Assembly (NCBI RefSeq): GCF_006345805.1
Contig: NC_043024.1
Coordinates: forward strand, 11,718,001-11,782,000
Source of the DNA: Octopus sinensis
Taxonomy: Eukaryota
Length of the DNA: 64,000 bases
Reading direction: 5' to 3'
The notes beneath the pieces were generated by a model that was not told where the DNA came from, ran no database searches, and worked only from the letters and a program-made list of their open reading frames with translations. Positions within the stretch are counted from its first letter, which is position 1. The number at the start of each line of letters is the position of its first letter. Shown one piece after another: positions 62,908 to 64,000 of this stretch. The position numbers were made by a program, and so were the translations under genes.

Positions 62908-63454
62908 TACCCTGATGCAGTACCAGGCAGTGGCTCTCATGGCTTCTGATCTTAACTGATTGGAAGTGTTATCATGTACATTGTTTTTGTCTTGGTATAA
63001 AAGATGGGCTACAGCAAATATTCTGCTCAATACCACAGATTTGCTTGTCAGTTGTTGACCTTAACCAGTTGAGCATGTCCTTAGTGGCTGACGATATGTG
63101 CATCTCTGATCACGAGCAGATAGTGGGGGAGCATCATAGCCATGTGTTGAGAGGGATTCTTTAGGGTTTAATAGTTCACCTCTGGAAACATGGGTGGTTC
63201 TTTCAACATCCTAACACCCTTATTCAGGGACCGTTTGAGCGGGATGGGCTACTCAACCTGAAGAAAATTCTAACTGGCCCCACCTGCAAGGTCATGTGCT
63301 GTTTATCTTGATATGAGATCACCATGTCGCGCACATATGGTTGTGATGCATGTGCCTGGTGTACCTTTATCAGACGGGTAGTCATGATGGGTATATTGGG
63401 CTTCGTATATTTTACCCCAGTGTCACTTTGATGGCATGAACTGCTCTCTCACTC
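62908..63454 (+). mobile_element. Second copy of the TAA-flanked 555-bp element
   Basis: Co-terminal with 59607-60162. Confidence 0.75.
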
Positions 63455-64000
63455 AATAATAATAATAATAATAAAAATAAAAATAATAGTAATGATGATT
63501 TCTTTTACTACGAAGAGGGGCATGGATGAGGTGGGGACATAAGAGCAACGGTGATTACAATAATAATGATTACAATAAAAGGCTTGGTAATGTGCCCTCA
63601 GTGGGTCTTACGCTAAGGGGCAACAAAAAACCCGTTAGTACATACAACATACAGGAAAAGTGCACTTTGTGCATAGATGGTGTGGTATATGGCAAGTAGG
63701 AGAAGGATTCCAAGCAAAGGTGGTGGTGGTGGTCGTGGTTTGGAAACTACCCTGAATAGAAAATACGTAAGAACTTCAGGCAGTGTTTATAACTAATCGG
63801 CGGTTAATTGCGTTTGTTGAGGAGGGAATTTGTCACCAGTTGTGATTATGGCGTTGGTGTTGCGCAAGCGAAGTCTGCGCCACCGTGCAGGAGGTTGGTG
63901 GAAGGTGCCGCGTCGATGATCCATGGTTGATTATAAGTTTGACTCCCTCGTAACAGTGTCTATGTATGCATCTATGCATACGTATGTATGTATGTATGTA

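Noticed and set aside
63780-63950. Possible degenerate LINE 3' end on the minus strand (LLHGGADFAC-like)
   Set aside because: The similarity is too short and interrupted to support a call.

Overview
Eukaryotic, AT-rich, repeat-dense genomic DNA. The SINE and LINE content resembles an octopod cephalopod; this is my inference and was not searched. One protein-coding gene is recognisable on the + strand. It has a TATA box at 6585, a signal-peptide exon at 6638-6689, and at least 11 further exons of 111-147 bp. All of these are phase 1-1, and each encodes one small Cys-rich module (C-x20ish-C-x-C-x7-C, FN1-like / N-terminal-half-VWC-like). The 3' end of the gene was not found in the window. Modules have multiplied by tandem duplication of exon plus flanking intron. 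The youngest copies differ almost only at amino-acid-changing sites while the adjacent intron sequence is identical or nearly so, which suggests diversifying selection. The intron after exon 2 holds a 19.3-kb array of about 126 copies of a 153-bp unit, which is the 3' end (ORF2 C-terminus plus 3' UTR) of an antisense CR1-group LINE. The identical junction recurs as a dimer in an independent insertion at 58.8 kb. A SINE family (183-184 bp units) and an RTE fragment (158 bp units) show similar loop-back concatemers. Other content: an apparently full-length R4/Dong-type LINE and several fragments inserted in (TAA)n, an unspliced pre-tRNA-Lys(TTT) fused to a SINE tail, Penelope-type minimal hammerhead-like motifs, Helitron-like elements, MITE/foldback elements, a mariner relic and many microsatellites. 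Small indels are frequent and may partly be assembly errors.
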